Below are positions 9,385 to 18,447 of a stretch of DNA of 64,000 bases, piece by piece (within the stretch, counting starts at the first letter, position 1; every line of letters begins with the position of its first letter). The position numbers and the translations under genes are program-made. The notes beneath the pieces are model-generated. The model was not told the origin of the DNA. It worked only from the letters and a program-made list of their open reading frames with translations, and searched no databases. This DNA comes from Halorussus marinus (GTDB lineage Archaea > Halobacteriota > Halobacteria > Halobacteriales > Haladaptataceae), in assembly GCF_004765795.1 (NCBI RefSeq), contig NZ_SBIV01000001.1, positions 434,001-498,000 of the forward strand. Reading direction: 5' to 3'.

Positions 9385-10278
9385 ATGGTCTCAGAGACCT
9401 TCGACCCCGAGGCGTGGGAGGCCGCGGGGCCGGACTTCGACGACATCACGTACCACCGCGCGGTCGATTCGGGGACGGTCCGGATCGCGTTCGACCGGCC
9501 GGCGGTCCGGAACGCCTTCCGACCCAAAACCGTCGACGAACTCTACGACGCACTCGACCACGCCAAGCGCCAGACCGACGTCGGCTGTGTCCTGCTGACC
9601 GGCAACGGTCCCTCGCCGAAAGACGGCGGGTGGGCGTTCTGCGCGGGCGGCGACCAGACCGTCCGGGGCGAGGACGGCTACGAGTATCGAGGCGAGGACG
9701 GCGAGACCGGCCGCGCCGCCGAGGGCGGTCGGCTCCACATTCTCGAAGTCCAGCGCCTCATCCGCCACATCCCCAAGCCGGTGGTCTGTGTCGTCCCCGG
9801 CTGGGCGGTCGGCGGCGGCCACAGCCTCCACGTCGTCTGCGATCTGACCATCGCGAGCGAGGACCACGCCGTGTTCAAGCAGACCGACCCGGACGTGGCG
9901 TCGTTCGACGGCGGGTTCGGCTCGGCGTACCTCGCCCGGCAGGTCGGCCAGAAGAAGGCCCGCGAGATCTTCTTCCTCGGAAAGGATTACAGCGCCGCGG
10001 AGGCCGAGGAGATGGGGATGGTCAACGAGGTGGTCCCCCACGAGGACCTCGAAGCGGTCGCGCTGGAGTGGGCGGCCGAGATCAACCGCAAGAGCCCGAC
10101 CGCGATCCGGATGCTCAAGTACGCGTTCAACCTCGACTCCGACGGGATGGTCGGCCAGCAGGTGTTCGCGGGCGAGGCCACCCGACTCGCGTACATGACC
10201 GACGAGGCCCGGGAGGGCCGCGACGCGTTCGTCGAGGGGCGCGACCCCGACTTCGAGGAGTTCGACTGGCACTACTGA
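9385..10278 (+). CDS. menB: 1,4-dihydroxy-2-naphthoyl-CoA synthase
   Basis: RNAFRP, AFCAGGDQ, GWAVGGGHSLHVVCDL, SFDGGFGSAYLARQVGQKKAREI. Confidence 0.96.
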   Translation: MVSETFDPEAWEAAGPDFDDITYHRAVDSGTVRIAFDRPAVRNAFRPKTVDELYDALDHAKRQTDVGCVLLTGNGPSPKDGGWAFCAGGDQTVRGEDGYEYRGEDGETGRAAEGGRLHILEVQRLIRHIPKPVVCVVPGWAVGGGHSLHVVCDLTIASEDHAVFKQTDPDVASFDGGFGSAYLARQVGQKKAREIFFLGKDYSAAEAEEMGMVNEVVPHEDLEAVALEWAAEINRKSPTAIRMLKYAFNLDSDGMVGQQVFAGEATRLAYMTDEAREGRDAFVEGRDPDFEEFDWHY

Positions 10279-10294
10279 GACTCACGCCACAGAG

Positions 10295-10308
10295 CCGAAC
10301 GTGTTCGG
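10295..10308. promoter_or_regulatory. Palindromic CGAA-N4-TTCG operator-like site
   Basis: CCGAACGTGTTCGG about 55 bp upstream of the molybdate/tungstate-binding protein start. Confidence 0.6.
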
Positions 10309-10363
10309 GAGTAACGTATTTTGGTTTCGATACAACTTTTGAGTAACCACTGGGAATCCCACT

Positions 10364-11314
10364 ATGGCCGACTCTGAGCCTCGACGATCGCGCCGCGGCG
10401 TCCTCGCCGGCGGGGCGGCGATCCTCGCGAGCGGGCTCGCGGGCTGTGTGACCCACCTGTCGGCCGGCGGGCCGTCGGCCGAGACCACCGACTCGGGGCC
10501 CGTCGAACTCCTCGCCGCCGGGAGTCTCAACCACGCCCTCGAGAACGGCCTCCGGCCGACGCTTCGGGACCGAGGGACGACCCTCCGTGTCGAGGCCCGC
10601 GGCTCGGCGGCGCTCGCCCGACTGGTCGACGAGGGCCAGAAAGACCCCGACATCGTGTCGGTGGCCGACCCCGTGCTGTTCGACGGGCCGCTCGATCCGC
10701 CGTGGCACGCGGCGTTCGCGACCAACTCGGTCGTGATCGCCTACGACCCCGACACGCCGGGCGGCCGGGCGCTCGCCGATGCCGGGTCCGAGGCGTGGTT
10801 CCGACCGCTACTCGACGGGGAGGTGACGCTCGGGCGCACCGACCCCGACCTCGATCCGCTCGGCTATCGCACCCTCTTCGCGCTGGAGCTCGCCACCGAG
10901 CGCTACGACACAGACGCCGACCTCCGGGAGGCGATCCCCAGCCGCGACCAGCTCTACCCCGAGACCCAGCTCGTGAGCCAGTTCGAGACCGGCAACGTCG
11001 ACGCCGCGTTCACCTACCGGAGCGACGCGCTCGCGCGAGGCTACGAGTACGTCGACCTGCCGCCCGAGATCGACCTCAGCGACCCCGACCGCGAGGAGAC
11101 CTACCGGACAGTCTCGTACACCCTGCCGAGCGGCAAGACCGTCCGGGGCGCGCCCGTGCGCTACGCGACCACGATTCGCTCGGAGCCGACCCGGACGGTC
11201 CGGGCGGTGTTCGAGGCGCACGCGACCGGCGACTATCTGACCGAGTACGGCTTCGAAGTGCCCGACGACTACCCCGAGTTCGGAGGCGATGTTCCCGACG
11301 CGATCGCGGAGTGA
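10364..11314 (+). CDS. Molybdate/tungstate ABC transporter substrate-binding lipoprotein (ModA/WtpA type)
   Basis: Twin-arginine signal SRRGVL plus lipobox LAGC; AGSL, EARGS, GRTDPDLDPLGYR motifs. Confidence 0.85.
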   Translation: MADSEPRRSRRGVLAGGAAILASGLAGCVTHLSAGGPSAETTDSGPVELLAAGSLNHALENGLRPTLRDRGTTLRVEARGSAALARLVDEGQKDPDIVSVADPVLFDGPLDPPWHAAFATNSVVIAYDPDTPGGRALADAGSEAWFRPLLDGEVTLGRTDPDLDPLGYRTLFALELATERYDTDADLREAIPSRDQLYPETQLVSQFETGNVDAAFTYRSDALARGYEYVDLPPEIDLSDPDREETYRTVSYTLPSGKTVRGAPVRYATTIRSEPTRTVRAVFEAHATGDYLTEYGFEVPDDYPEFGGDVPDAIAE

Positions 11315-12092
11315 GGTCCGCTCGACGGGGTGGCTCACCGTCGCTCTCCTGCTCGGGGGCCTGTTGCTGTGTTACTACCTCCTCCCGCTGGCGGCGCTGG
11401 TCGTGGCTCGCCCGCCAGGCGACGTGGCCGCGCGGCTCGGGGACCCGAGCGTGATCGGGGCGGTCACGAACTCGCTGGTCTCGGCGACCGCGAGCACCGT
11501 CGTCGCGACCGCGCTCGGCCTGCCGCTCGCCTACTGGCTCGCCCGGACCGAGACCCGGTGGCGGAGCCTCGTCGTCGCGGTCGTGGTGTTACCGCTCGTG
11601 CTCCCGCCGATCGTGAGCGGTCTCGTCCTGCTGACGCTGGTCGGGCCGAACTCCGCGGTCGGGACCGCGGCCGCCGCCGCGGGTGTCCCGCTCACCCGGT
11701 CGCTCGCGGGCGTGGTCCTCGCCCAGACGTTCGTGGCCTCGCCGTTCGTCGTCGTGACCGCGAAAGCCGCCTTCGAGGGCGTCGACGATCGACTCGAAGA
11801 GGCGGCGTTCACGCTCGGGGAGTCCCGGGCCGCGACCTTCCGGCGAGTGACCCTGCCGCTCGCGTGGCCGGGGGTGCTCGCGGGCGTGACGCTGGCGTTC
11901 GCCCGGTCGATGGGCGAGTTCGGCGCGACCATGATGCTTGCCTACTACCCCCGGACCATGCCGGTCCAGATCTGGGTGTCGTTCACCACGACCGGGCTCT
12001 CCGAGGCGTTCCCCGTCGCGCTCGTCCTCGTCGGGGTTTCGATCGCCGCGCTCGTCGTATTGAACCTCGTCGGCACGAACCCGTGGGACTGA
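11289..12092 (+). CDS. Molybdate/tungstate ABC transporter permease (ModB/WtpB type)
   Basis: LPLVLPPIVSG, EEAAFTLG (EAA loop), FARSMGEFGAT. Confidence 0.88.
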   Translation: MFPTRSRSEVRSTGWLTVALLLGGLLLCYYLLPLAALVVARPPGDVAARLGDPSVIGAVTNSLVSATASTVVATALGLPLAYWLARTETRWRSLVVAVVVLPLVLPPIVSGLVLLTLVGPNSAVGTAAAAAGVPLTRSLAGVVLAQTFVASPFVVVTAKAAFEGVDDRLEEAAFTLGESRAATFRRVTLPLAWPGVLAGVTLAFARSMGEFGATMMLAYYPRTMPVQIWVSFTTTGLSEAFPVALVLVGVSIAALVVLNLVGTNPWD

Positions 12093-12316
12093 GCGCCCGC
12101 GAGTCCGGAGGCCGCCCCGCAGAGTCCGGCGTCGGGAAGTCGGCGTCCGCCGCGATCGTTTAAGTGATTCTGGCGACAAGGAGTAGATACGAGCGAAGAC
12201 GCCTTCTACGGGCCGCCGCGATTCGACAGCCGCGGCGCCGCCCCGAGGCCGAGGGGTTCCGGCCGCGTTTCCCGAAACCGCAGGGGCTATTGTTCGGTTC
12301 CCGTAAGGGTCACACA

Positions 12317-13258
12317 ATGAGCGAAACGACCACCGACCACAGCCGCCGCGAGGCGTGGCTGATCGCGGCCCGGCCCCACACGCTCCCGGCGGCCGCGGCC
12401 CCCGTCGTCGTCGGGACCGGGCTCGCGGTCCACGAGGGGCTGTTCGCGCCGCTCCCGGCGCTCGCCGCGTTCCTCGGCGCGGCGCTCATCCAGATCGGGA
12501 CCAACTTCGCCAACGACTACTACGACGCCGTCAAGGGCGTCGACACCGACGACCGCGAGGGGTTCACCCGCGTCACCCAGTCGGGACTCATCCCGCCGGC
12601 ACAGGTCAAGCGCGCGATGTACGCCACCTTCGGGCTCGCGATCCTCGTCGGGACCTACCTGGTCGCGGTCGGCGGGGTCCCGATCCTCGTGATCGGACTC
12701 GCCAGCGTGGTCTCGGGCGTCGCGTACGCCGGGGGCCCGTTCCCGCTCGGCTCGCACGGTCTCGGGGACCTGTTCGTCTTCGTCTTCTTCGGCGTCATCG
12801 CGGTGACCGGCACCTTCTACGTGCAGGCGGCCGCGGTGGTCGCCCCGCTGTTCCCGACCGCGATTCCGTCGGGGACGGTCACGCTCGCGTCGGTCGTCGC
12901 CAGCCTCCCGGTCGCCGCCATCTCCACCGACATCCTGGTGGTCAACAACGTCCGGGACCTCGAAACCGACCGCGAGGCCGGCAAGAAGACCCTCGCGGTC
13001 ATCCTCGGCTACCGGGCCAGCAGGGCGGAGTTCGTCGGCTTGCTCGCGGTCGCGTACGCCGTCCCGTTCTGGTTCTGGCTCGCCGCCGACTACTCGCCGG
13101 CCGTGCTCGCTCCGCTGGCGACCCTGCCGTACGCCGGCCTGATCGCCCGGACCGTCCTCACCGACGCCTCCGGCGAGGCGCTCAACCCCGCGCTCGAACA
13201 GACTGGCAAACTGCTGGCGGCCCACTCGGTCCTCTTCGCGCTGGGTCTGATAGCATGA
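12317..13258 (+). CDS. menA: 1,4-dihydroxy-2-naphthoate polyprenyltransferase
   Basis: AARPHTL, QIGTNFANDYYD, VNNVRDLETD...GKKTLAV. Confidence 0.95.
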   Translation: MSETTTDHSRREAWLIAARPHTLPAAAAPVVVGTGLAVHEGLFAPLPALAAFLGAALIQIGTNFANDYYDAVKGVDTDDREGFTRVTQSGLIPPAQVKRAMYATFGLAILVGTYLVAVGGVPILVIGLASVVSGVAYAGGPFPLGSHGLGDLFVFVFFGVIAVTGTFYVQAAAVVAPLFPTAIPSGTVTLASVVASLPVAAISTDILVVNNVRDLETDREAGKKTLAVILGYRASRAEFVGLLAVAYAVPFWFWLAADYSPAVLAPLATLPYAGLIARTVLTDASGEALNPALEQTGKLLAAHSVLFALGLIA

Positions 13259-14307
13259 AGGCGGGCGTCCGGCCGTTCGCGGTCCCGCTCGCGGAGTCCC
13301 TCGACACCGCCCGGGGGTCGATCGAGCGCCGCGAGGGGCTGGTGCTCCGGCTCGACGCCGACGACGGCGCGGTCGGCGTCGGGGAGGCGACCCCGCTCGC
13401 GGGCTGGACCGAACACTACGACGAGTGCGAGCGCGCGCTCGGCACCGTCGTCGACGCCGTCGATCGGGGCGCGGCCCCCGACGACTCTCTCGACGCGCTC
13501 GAACCGACCCCCGCGGCGCGCCACGCGCTCGATCTCGCGCTCGCTGATCTGGCGGCCTCTCGGGCGGACGAGCCCCTCTACCGCCACCTCGGCGCGTCCG
13601 ATCGGGTCGAGAGCGTCCCGGCGAACGCGACGGTCGGGGACGCCCCCGCCGATCAGACCGTCGCGGCGGTCGAACGCGCCGTCGACGCCGGCTTCGACTG
13701 CGTCAAGCTCAAGGTGGGCGCGCGCCCGCTCGCGGCCGACATCGAGCGCGTCGAGGCCGCCGCCGACGCGGTCGACGCCGCCCTCCGGGCCGACGCCAAC
13801 GGGGCGTGGTCCCGGTCGCAGGCCCAGCAGTTCCTCGACGCCACGGCCGACCGACTCGAGTACGTCGAACAGCCCCTGCCCGCGACCGACGTGCCCGGAC
13901 TCGCGGCGCTGTCGGGGCCGATCGCGTTAGACGAGACGCTCGCGGCGGTCGACGTCGCGGACGCCCTCGACGCGGACCCGGCGGCGCTCGTGCTCAAACC
14001 GATGGCGCTCGGCGGCCCCCGGCGTGCGGTCGCGGTCGCCGAGCGGGCCCGGGAGGCGGGCGTCGAGCCGGTCGTGACCACCACCGTCGACGCCGCGGTC
14101 GCGCGGACCGCCGCGGTCCACGTCGCGGCCGCGATCCCCGACCCGCCGGCGTGCGGGCTCGCGACCGCGAAACTGCTCGAATCGGACCTCGGCCCCGACA
14201 TCGCGCCGGTCGCCGACGGCCGGGCGGTGGTCCCGCAGGGGTCGGGCAACGGCCCCGTCGACGCGTGGGGCAACGCCGCGGGGGCCCACGGGGGCGACCG
14301 TGTCTGA
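13255..14307 (+). CDS. menC: o-succinylbenzoate synthase (enolase superfamily)
   Basis: GEATPL.GWTE, KLKVG, RADANGAW, EYVEQP, IALDE, VLKPMALGG; ATG 13255 overlaps the menA stop. Confidence 0.88.
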   Translation: MKAGVRPFAVPLAESLDTARGSIERREGLVLRLDADDGAVGVGEATPLAGWTEHYDECERALGTVVDAVDRGAAPDDSLDALEPTPAARHALDLALADLAASRADEPLYRHLGASDRVESVPANATVGDAPADQTVAAVERAVDAGFDCVKLKVGARPLAADIERVEAAADAVDAALRADANGAWSRSQAQQFLDATADRLEYVEQPLPATDVPGLAALSGPIALDETLAAVDVADALDADPAALVLKPMALGGPRRAVAVAERAREAGVEPVVTTTVDAAVARTAAVHVAAAIPDPPACGLATAKLLESDLGPDIAPVADGRAVVPQGSGNGPVDAWGNAAGAHGGDRV

Positions 14308-15850
14308 GCGTTGGCCCGACGGGACCGTCGACTGGCTGGCCCGCCGGGCGCGGATCTCGCCCGACGCCACCGCGCTGATCGAGGCGGCCGACGCCACCGA
14401 GTGGACCTACGCCGACCTCGACGAGGCGGTCGCGGCGACCGCGGGCCGGCTCGCGGCCCTCGGTGTCCGGGAAGGCGACCACCTCGGCGTCCTGATGGAG
14501 ACGCGGGTGGCGTTCGTCCGGCTCGTCCACGCCGCGGCCCGGCTCGGCGCGGTGTTAGTCCCGCTCAACGCCCGACTCGCCGACCCCGAACTCGCCCGGC
14601 AGGCCGCGGTCGCCGACCTCACGCTACTCGTCTGCGAGGCCGAGACCGAGTCCGCGGCGGTAGCCGCCTCCGAGCCCCGACGGGCCGACGATTCGCGGGC
14701 CGACGGCGAGCCGGTCGGGGCCGTCCCGGTCGCGTCGGTCGACCCGCCGGACCGCGAGCCGGTCGCCTCGCTCCGCGAGACCGAGCCCGCGGCGGTCGCG
14801 CCCGCCGAGCGGTCCCGCGGCGACCGGCAGGCGCTTCTTTTCACCTCCGGCACGACCGGCGATCCGAAGGCGGTCGCGCTCACCGCCGGGAACGTCCTGT
14901 CGAGTGCGGTGTCGTCGGCGTTCCGGCTCGGCGCGACCCCCGACGACCGGTGGTTGCTCTGCCTGTCGATGTACCACATGGGCGGGCTGTCGGTCGTCCT
15001 CCGGTCGGCGCTGTACGGCTCGACCGTCGTGCTTCAGGAGGGGTTCGACGCCGCGAGGGCCGCCGACGCGATCGCGGCGTACGATGTCACCGGCGTCTCG
15101 CTGGTCCCGACGATGCTCCGCCGGATGCTCGACGCCACCGACGACCTCGCCGACTCGCTGCGGTTCGTCCTGCTCGGGGGCGCGCCCGCCCGCGAGGAAC
15201 TGCTCGAACGCTGCGAGGAGCGGCGCGTGCCGGTCCACCCGACCTACGGCATGACCGAGACGACCTCCCAGATCGCGACCGCCCGGCCCCGCGAGGCGTT
15301 CGCCCACCGGGGGACCGTGGGCCGGCCCCTGCTGTGGACCGACGTGACGGTCGTCGACGACGCCGGCGAGCCGGTTTCGGCGGGCGAGACCGGCGAACTC
15401 GTCGTGGCCGGCCCGACGGTCACGCCCGGCTACTACGGCGATCCCGGGGCGACCGAGGCGGCGTTCGGCCCCCGCGGTCTCCACACCGGCGACGTGGGCT
15501 ACCGCGACGACGGTGGTCGAATCTGGGTGCTGAACCGGCGCGAGGACCGCATCGTCACCGGCGGCGAGAACGTCCACCCCGGCGAGGTCGCCGACGTACT
15601 GCGCGACCACCCCGACGTTCGGGACGCCGCCGTCGTCGGACTCGACGACGAGGAGTGGGGCGAGCGGGTCGGCGCGCTCGTGGTCCCCGAGGCCGGGGCC
15701 ACGCTCTCGGTCGGCGATGTCGAGCGCCACTGCGAGGGCCGACTCGCGGGCTACAAGCGGCCCCGAACCGTCGGGGTCGCCGACGAGCTCCCGCGAACCG
15801 CCTCGGGCACCGTCGAGCGCGAGGCGGTCCGCGAGTTCCTCCGGGAGTAG
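14300..15850 (+). CDS. menE: o-succinylbenzoate-CoA ligase
   Basis: FTSGTTGDPK AMP-binding motif, TYGMTET, HTGDVG, GGENVHP; men cluster context. Confidence 0.9.
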   Translation: MSERWPDGTVDWLARRARISPDATALIEAADATEWTYADLDEAVAATAGRLAALGVREGDHLGVLMETRVAFVRLVHAAARLGAVLVPLNARLADPELARQAAVADLTLLVCEAETESAAVAASEPRRADDSRADGEPVGAVPVASVDPPDREPVASLRETEPAAVAPAERSRGDRQALLFTSGTTGDPKAVALTAGNVLSSAVSSAFRLGATPDDRWLLCLSMYHMGGLSVVLRSALYGSTVVLQEGFDAARAADAIAAYDVTGVSLVPTMLRRMLDATDDLADSLRFVLLGGAPAREELLERCEERRVPVHPTYGMTETTSQIATARPREAFAHRGTVGRPLLWTDVTVVDDAGEPVSAGETGELVVAGPTVTPGYYGDPGATEAAFGPRGLHTGDVGYRDDGGRIWVLNRREDRIVTGGENVHPGEVADVLRDHPDVRDAAVVGLDDEEWGERVGALVVPEAGATLSVGDVERHCEGRLAGYKRPRTVGVADELPRTASGTVEREAVREFLRE

Positions 15851-15906
15851 CAGAAGGAGCTTCCGAAGCCGCGAGGTTTTAGCCCGCCACGGCCGTAGTG
15901 GCGACC

Positions 15907-16659
15907 GTGTGTACCCTCGTCCTCGCGTGGCAGGTGTTCGACGACGCCCCGATAGCCGCCGCGGCGAACCGCGACGAGCGGGTCGACCGCCCGTCGCGAC
16001 CGCCCGCGACCATCGACGACGATCCGCGAGTCGTCGCGCCGACCGACGAGGAGGCCGGCGGGACGTGGATCGGCTACAACGACGCCGGCGTGTTCGTCGC
16101 GATCACGAACCGCCGGCGCGACCCCGAGACGGGCGCTGGCTTCGAGCCCGACCGGTCTCGGGGACTCCTCGTGCGGGACGCGCTCGCCGCCGAGTCCCAC
16201 CACGAGGCGGTCTCGACCGTCCGCGACGAACTGGCGGCCCGCGCGTACGACGGCTTCAACCTCGTGGTCGCCGACGCCGGGGACGCGACTCTGCTCGAGT
16301 GGGACGGCGTCCTCCGTGCGACTCACTTCGACCCCGGCGTCCACGTCGTCGTCAACGACGGCTACGAGGGGGCCACAGAGACGGCCGATCGGGTCCGCGA
16401 GGCCGTCCGGCCCGTCCCGAGGGGCGATCCGACCGGCGACGCCGATCGCGGCGAGGAGGTGTCGGCGTGGTTCGAGACCGCGGCGGCCGCGCTCGAAGAC
16501 CACGACCTCGGCGCGTGCGTCCACGGCGAGGGGTACGCCACCAGATCGTCCTCGCTGATCTCGATCGACGCGACCGGGGCGGGGCGGTATCGGTTCGCCG
16601 ACGGGCCGCCGTGCGAGACCGACTACGAGGACGTCGAAATCGGCGACGGTCAGCTTTAA
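15907..16659 (+). CDS. NRDE/TANGO2 family protein
   Basis: GTG-CTL start, AANRDE, GGTWIG, SRGLLV, GFNL, YATRSS. Confidence 0.9.
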   Translation: MCTLVLAWQVFDDAPIAAAANRDERVDRPSRPPATIDDDPRVVAPTDEEAGGTWIGYNDAGVFVAITNRRRDPETGAGFEPDRSRGLLVRDALAAESHHEAVSTVRDELAARAYDGFNLVVADAGDATLLEWDGVLRATHFDPGVHVVVNDGYEGATETADRVREAVRPVPRGDPTGDADRGEEVSAWFETAAAALEDHDLGACVHGEGYATRSSSLISIDATGAGRYRFADGPPCETDYEDVEIGDGQL

Positions 16660-16684
16660 ACCGCTCGGGGACCGTGTTCCCCGT

Positions 16685-17029
16685 ATGGCAGCATCCGAGG
16701 ACGACCTCACCGAGGCGGAGCGTGCCGGTCTCGAACTCGTCCGGCAGTCCGGCGGTATCCACCAGAGCGACTTCTGGAAGGAACTCGACGTCGACTCCCG
16801 GAAGGGGAGCCGGATCGTGGAGTCGCTCTACGAGAAGGGCCTCGTCCAGCGCGAGGAGACCGTCTACGAGGGTCACAACACCTACCTGATCACGCCCGCG
16901 GCCCGCGACCTCGACTTCTCGCTGTTGATGGCCGGCGACATGCTCTCGCCGTTCATCGGCGAAGAAGAGATCGACGCCGAGAGCGACGCCTTCTCCCAGT
17001 GGATCATGAACCTCGCGTACAGCGAGTGA
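16685..17029 (+). CDS. Winged helix-turn-helix protein (MarR-like)
   Basis: GIHQSDFWKELDVDSRKGSRIVESLYEKGLVQRE...TYLI. Confidence 0.8.
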   Translation: MAASEDDLTEAERAGLELVRQSGGIHQSDFWKELDVDSRKGSRIVESLYEKGLVQREETVYEGHNTYLITPAARDLDFSLLMAGDMLSPFIGEEEIDAESDAFSQWIMNLAYSE

Positions 17030-17038
17030 GTCGGACGC

Positions 17039-18274
17039 CTACTGGGACTCTACTTCTTCGATCGCCGTGTTCGGCGCGTTTTGCTTCACGCCGTTGACCC
17101 CCTCGACCGCCCCGGAGCGATCGCTGTACCCCTCGCCGCCGGTGGCGAGGATGGTGCCGTTGCGGTGGCGGAGCCGCCAGCGGTACTCGCCGCCGGCGTC
17201 CTCGTAGATCTCGACGGCGGCCTCGCCGACCGTGAGCGCGTCCGCGTCCGGCGCGTACTCGCAGACTCGTTCGACCGCGTCAGTCGCGGCCGACCGGTCT
17301 GCATACCCCTGCCCGCCGTCGGCGATGAGCTCGTTGTTTGCGCTCAGGAGCCGCCAGCGGTGCTCGCCGCCGGCGTCCTCGTACACCTCGAACCGGGCGC
17401 CGTCGTCGGCGTCGACCGCCGCCTCGCCGGCCGTCTCCGCGACGGTCTCGACCGCCCGACGGGCGTTCGACCGGGAGACGTACCCCTCGCCCGAGTCGGC
17501 GAGTATCCGGCCGTTCCGGTGGACGAGCCGCCAGCGCCACTCGCTGGCCTTGTCGCGGTAGAGCTGGAACGTGGCGGTGCTCTCGTGGAGGCGCTCGAGG
17601 CGGGCTTGGGCGTCGGCGGCGCGCTCGCGCTCGGCGGCGGTCTCCTCGCTGGCCGCGTCGGCCGCCGCGGCCGCGGCGTCCCGGGAGTCGCTGAGTTCGT
17701 CGAGTTCGGCCTCCAGTCGCTCGATTCGGTCGGCCTTCTCCTCGAGCTCCGATCGGAGCGCCGACGCCTCTCGCTCGCGGTCCGCGGACGTCTCGCGGGC
17801 GGCGGCCAGCGCCGCCTCTGCGGCGCTCCGGGCGCGGCTCTGGCCCACGGTCACGGGCGCGAGGACTCCCGAGAAGGTGATGACGCCGAGTCCGAGCGTG
17901 TACAGCGCGATCACGTTCGTGGTCGCGGCTCGACCGAACTGCCACTCGAACGGGTAGACGGCTGTGAACCACCCGACGGCGGCGACACACACCGCGGCGC
18001 CGAGATACACCAGTAGCTTCGCCACCCGGTGGAACGACTGGCCGACCACGAGCCCGGTCAGCGCGCCGGCGAGGCCGAGCCCCGTCAGCGAGAACGCCAT
18101 CTCCCGGGTGGTGCCGATGCTCTCGGTACTCAACGCGAGCACCATGCCCGCGACCGCGGCCAGGACGCTGACCACGAACAGCCAGTAGCCGTACACTTCG
18201 TCGTTCGTCAGCGGTTCGCCGAACCGCTTGCGATACGTGCTCACGAGCGCGCTCTCCGACGTGTCAGTTGACAT
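17039..18274 (-). CDS. Membrane-anchored DUF1508 (YegP/UPF0339) repeat protein with coiled coil
   Basis: 4 TM helices, an Ala/Glu coiled coil, then three (F/V)-x-x-Y-x-D-x4-x-RWRL...GEGY/GQGY repeats. Confidence 0.85.
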   Translation of the reverse strand: MSTDTSESALVSTYRKRFGEPLTNDEVYGYWLFVVSVLAAVAGMVLALSTESIGTTREMAFSLTGLGLAGALTGLVVGQSFHRVAKLLVYLGAAVCVAAVGWFTAVYPFEWQFGRAATTNVIALYTLGLGVITFSGVLAPVTVGQSRARSAAEAALAAARETSADREREASALRSELEEKADRIERLEAELDELSDSRDAAAAAADAASEETAAERERAADAQARLERLHESTATFQLYRDKASEWRWRLVHRNGRILADSGEGYVSRSNARRAVETVAETAGEAAVDADDGARFEVYEDAGGEHRWRLLSANNELIADGGQGYADRSAATDAVERVCEYAPDADALTVGEAAVEIYEDAGGEYRWRLRHRNGTILATGGEGYSDRSGAVEGVNGVKQNAPNTAIEEVESQ

Positions 18275-18447
18275 TACTTCTGAGAGTTCTCACCACCACA
18301 CCATGAATGTTGACAAATGTATTATAACTGAACGGTGAAAGCAAACCGGGACACGGCACGGGCGCGTCCCGGAACACGCGGCGGCGGCGCTCACCAGTCG
18401 GAAAATCGACGCTCTCGGGGATCGAAGGCGGTAAAAACCCGCTCGGC

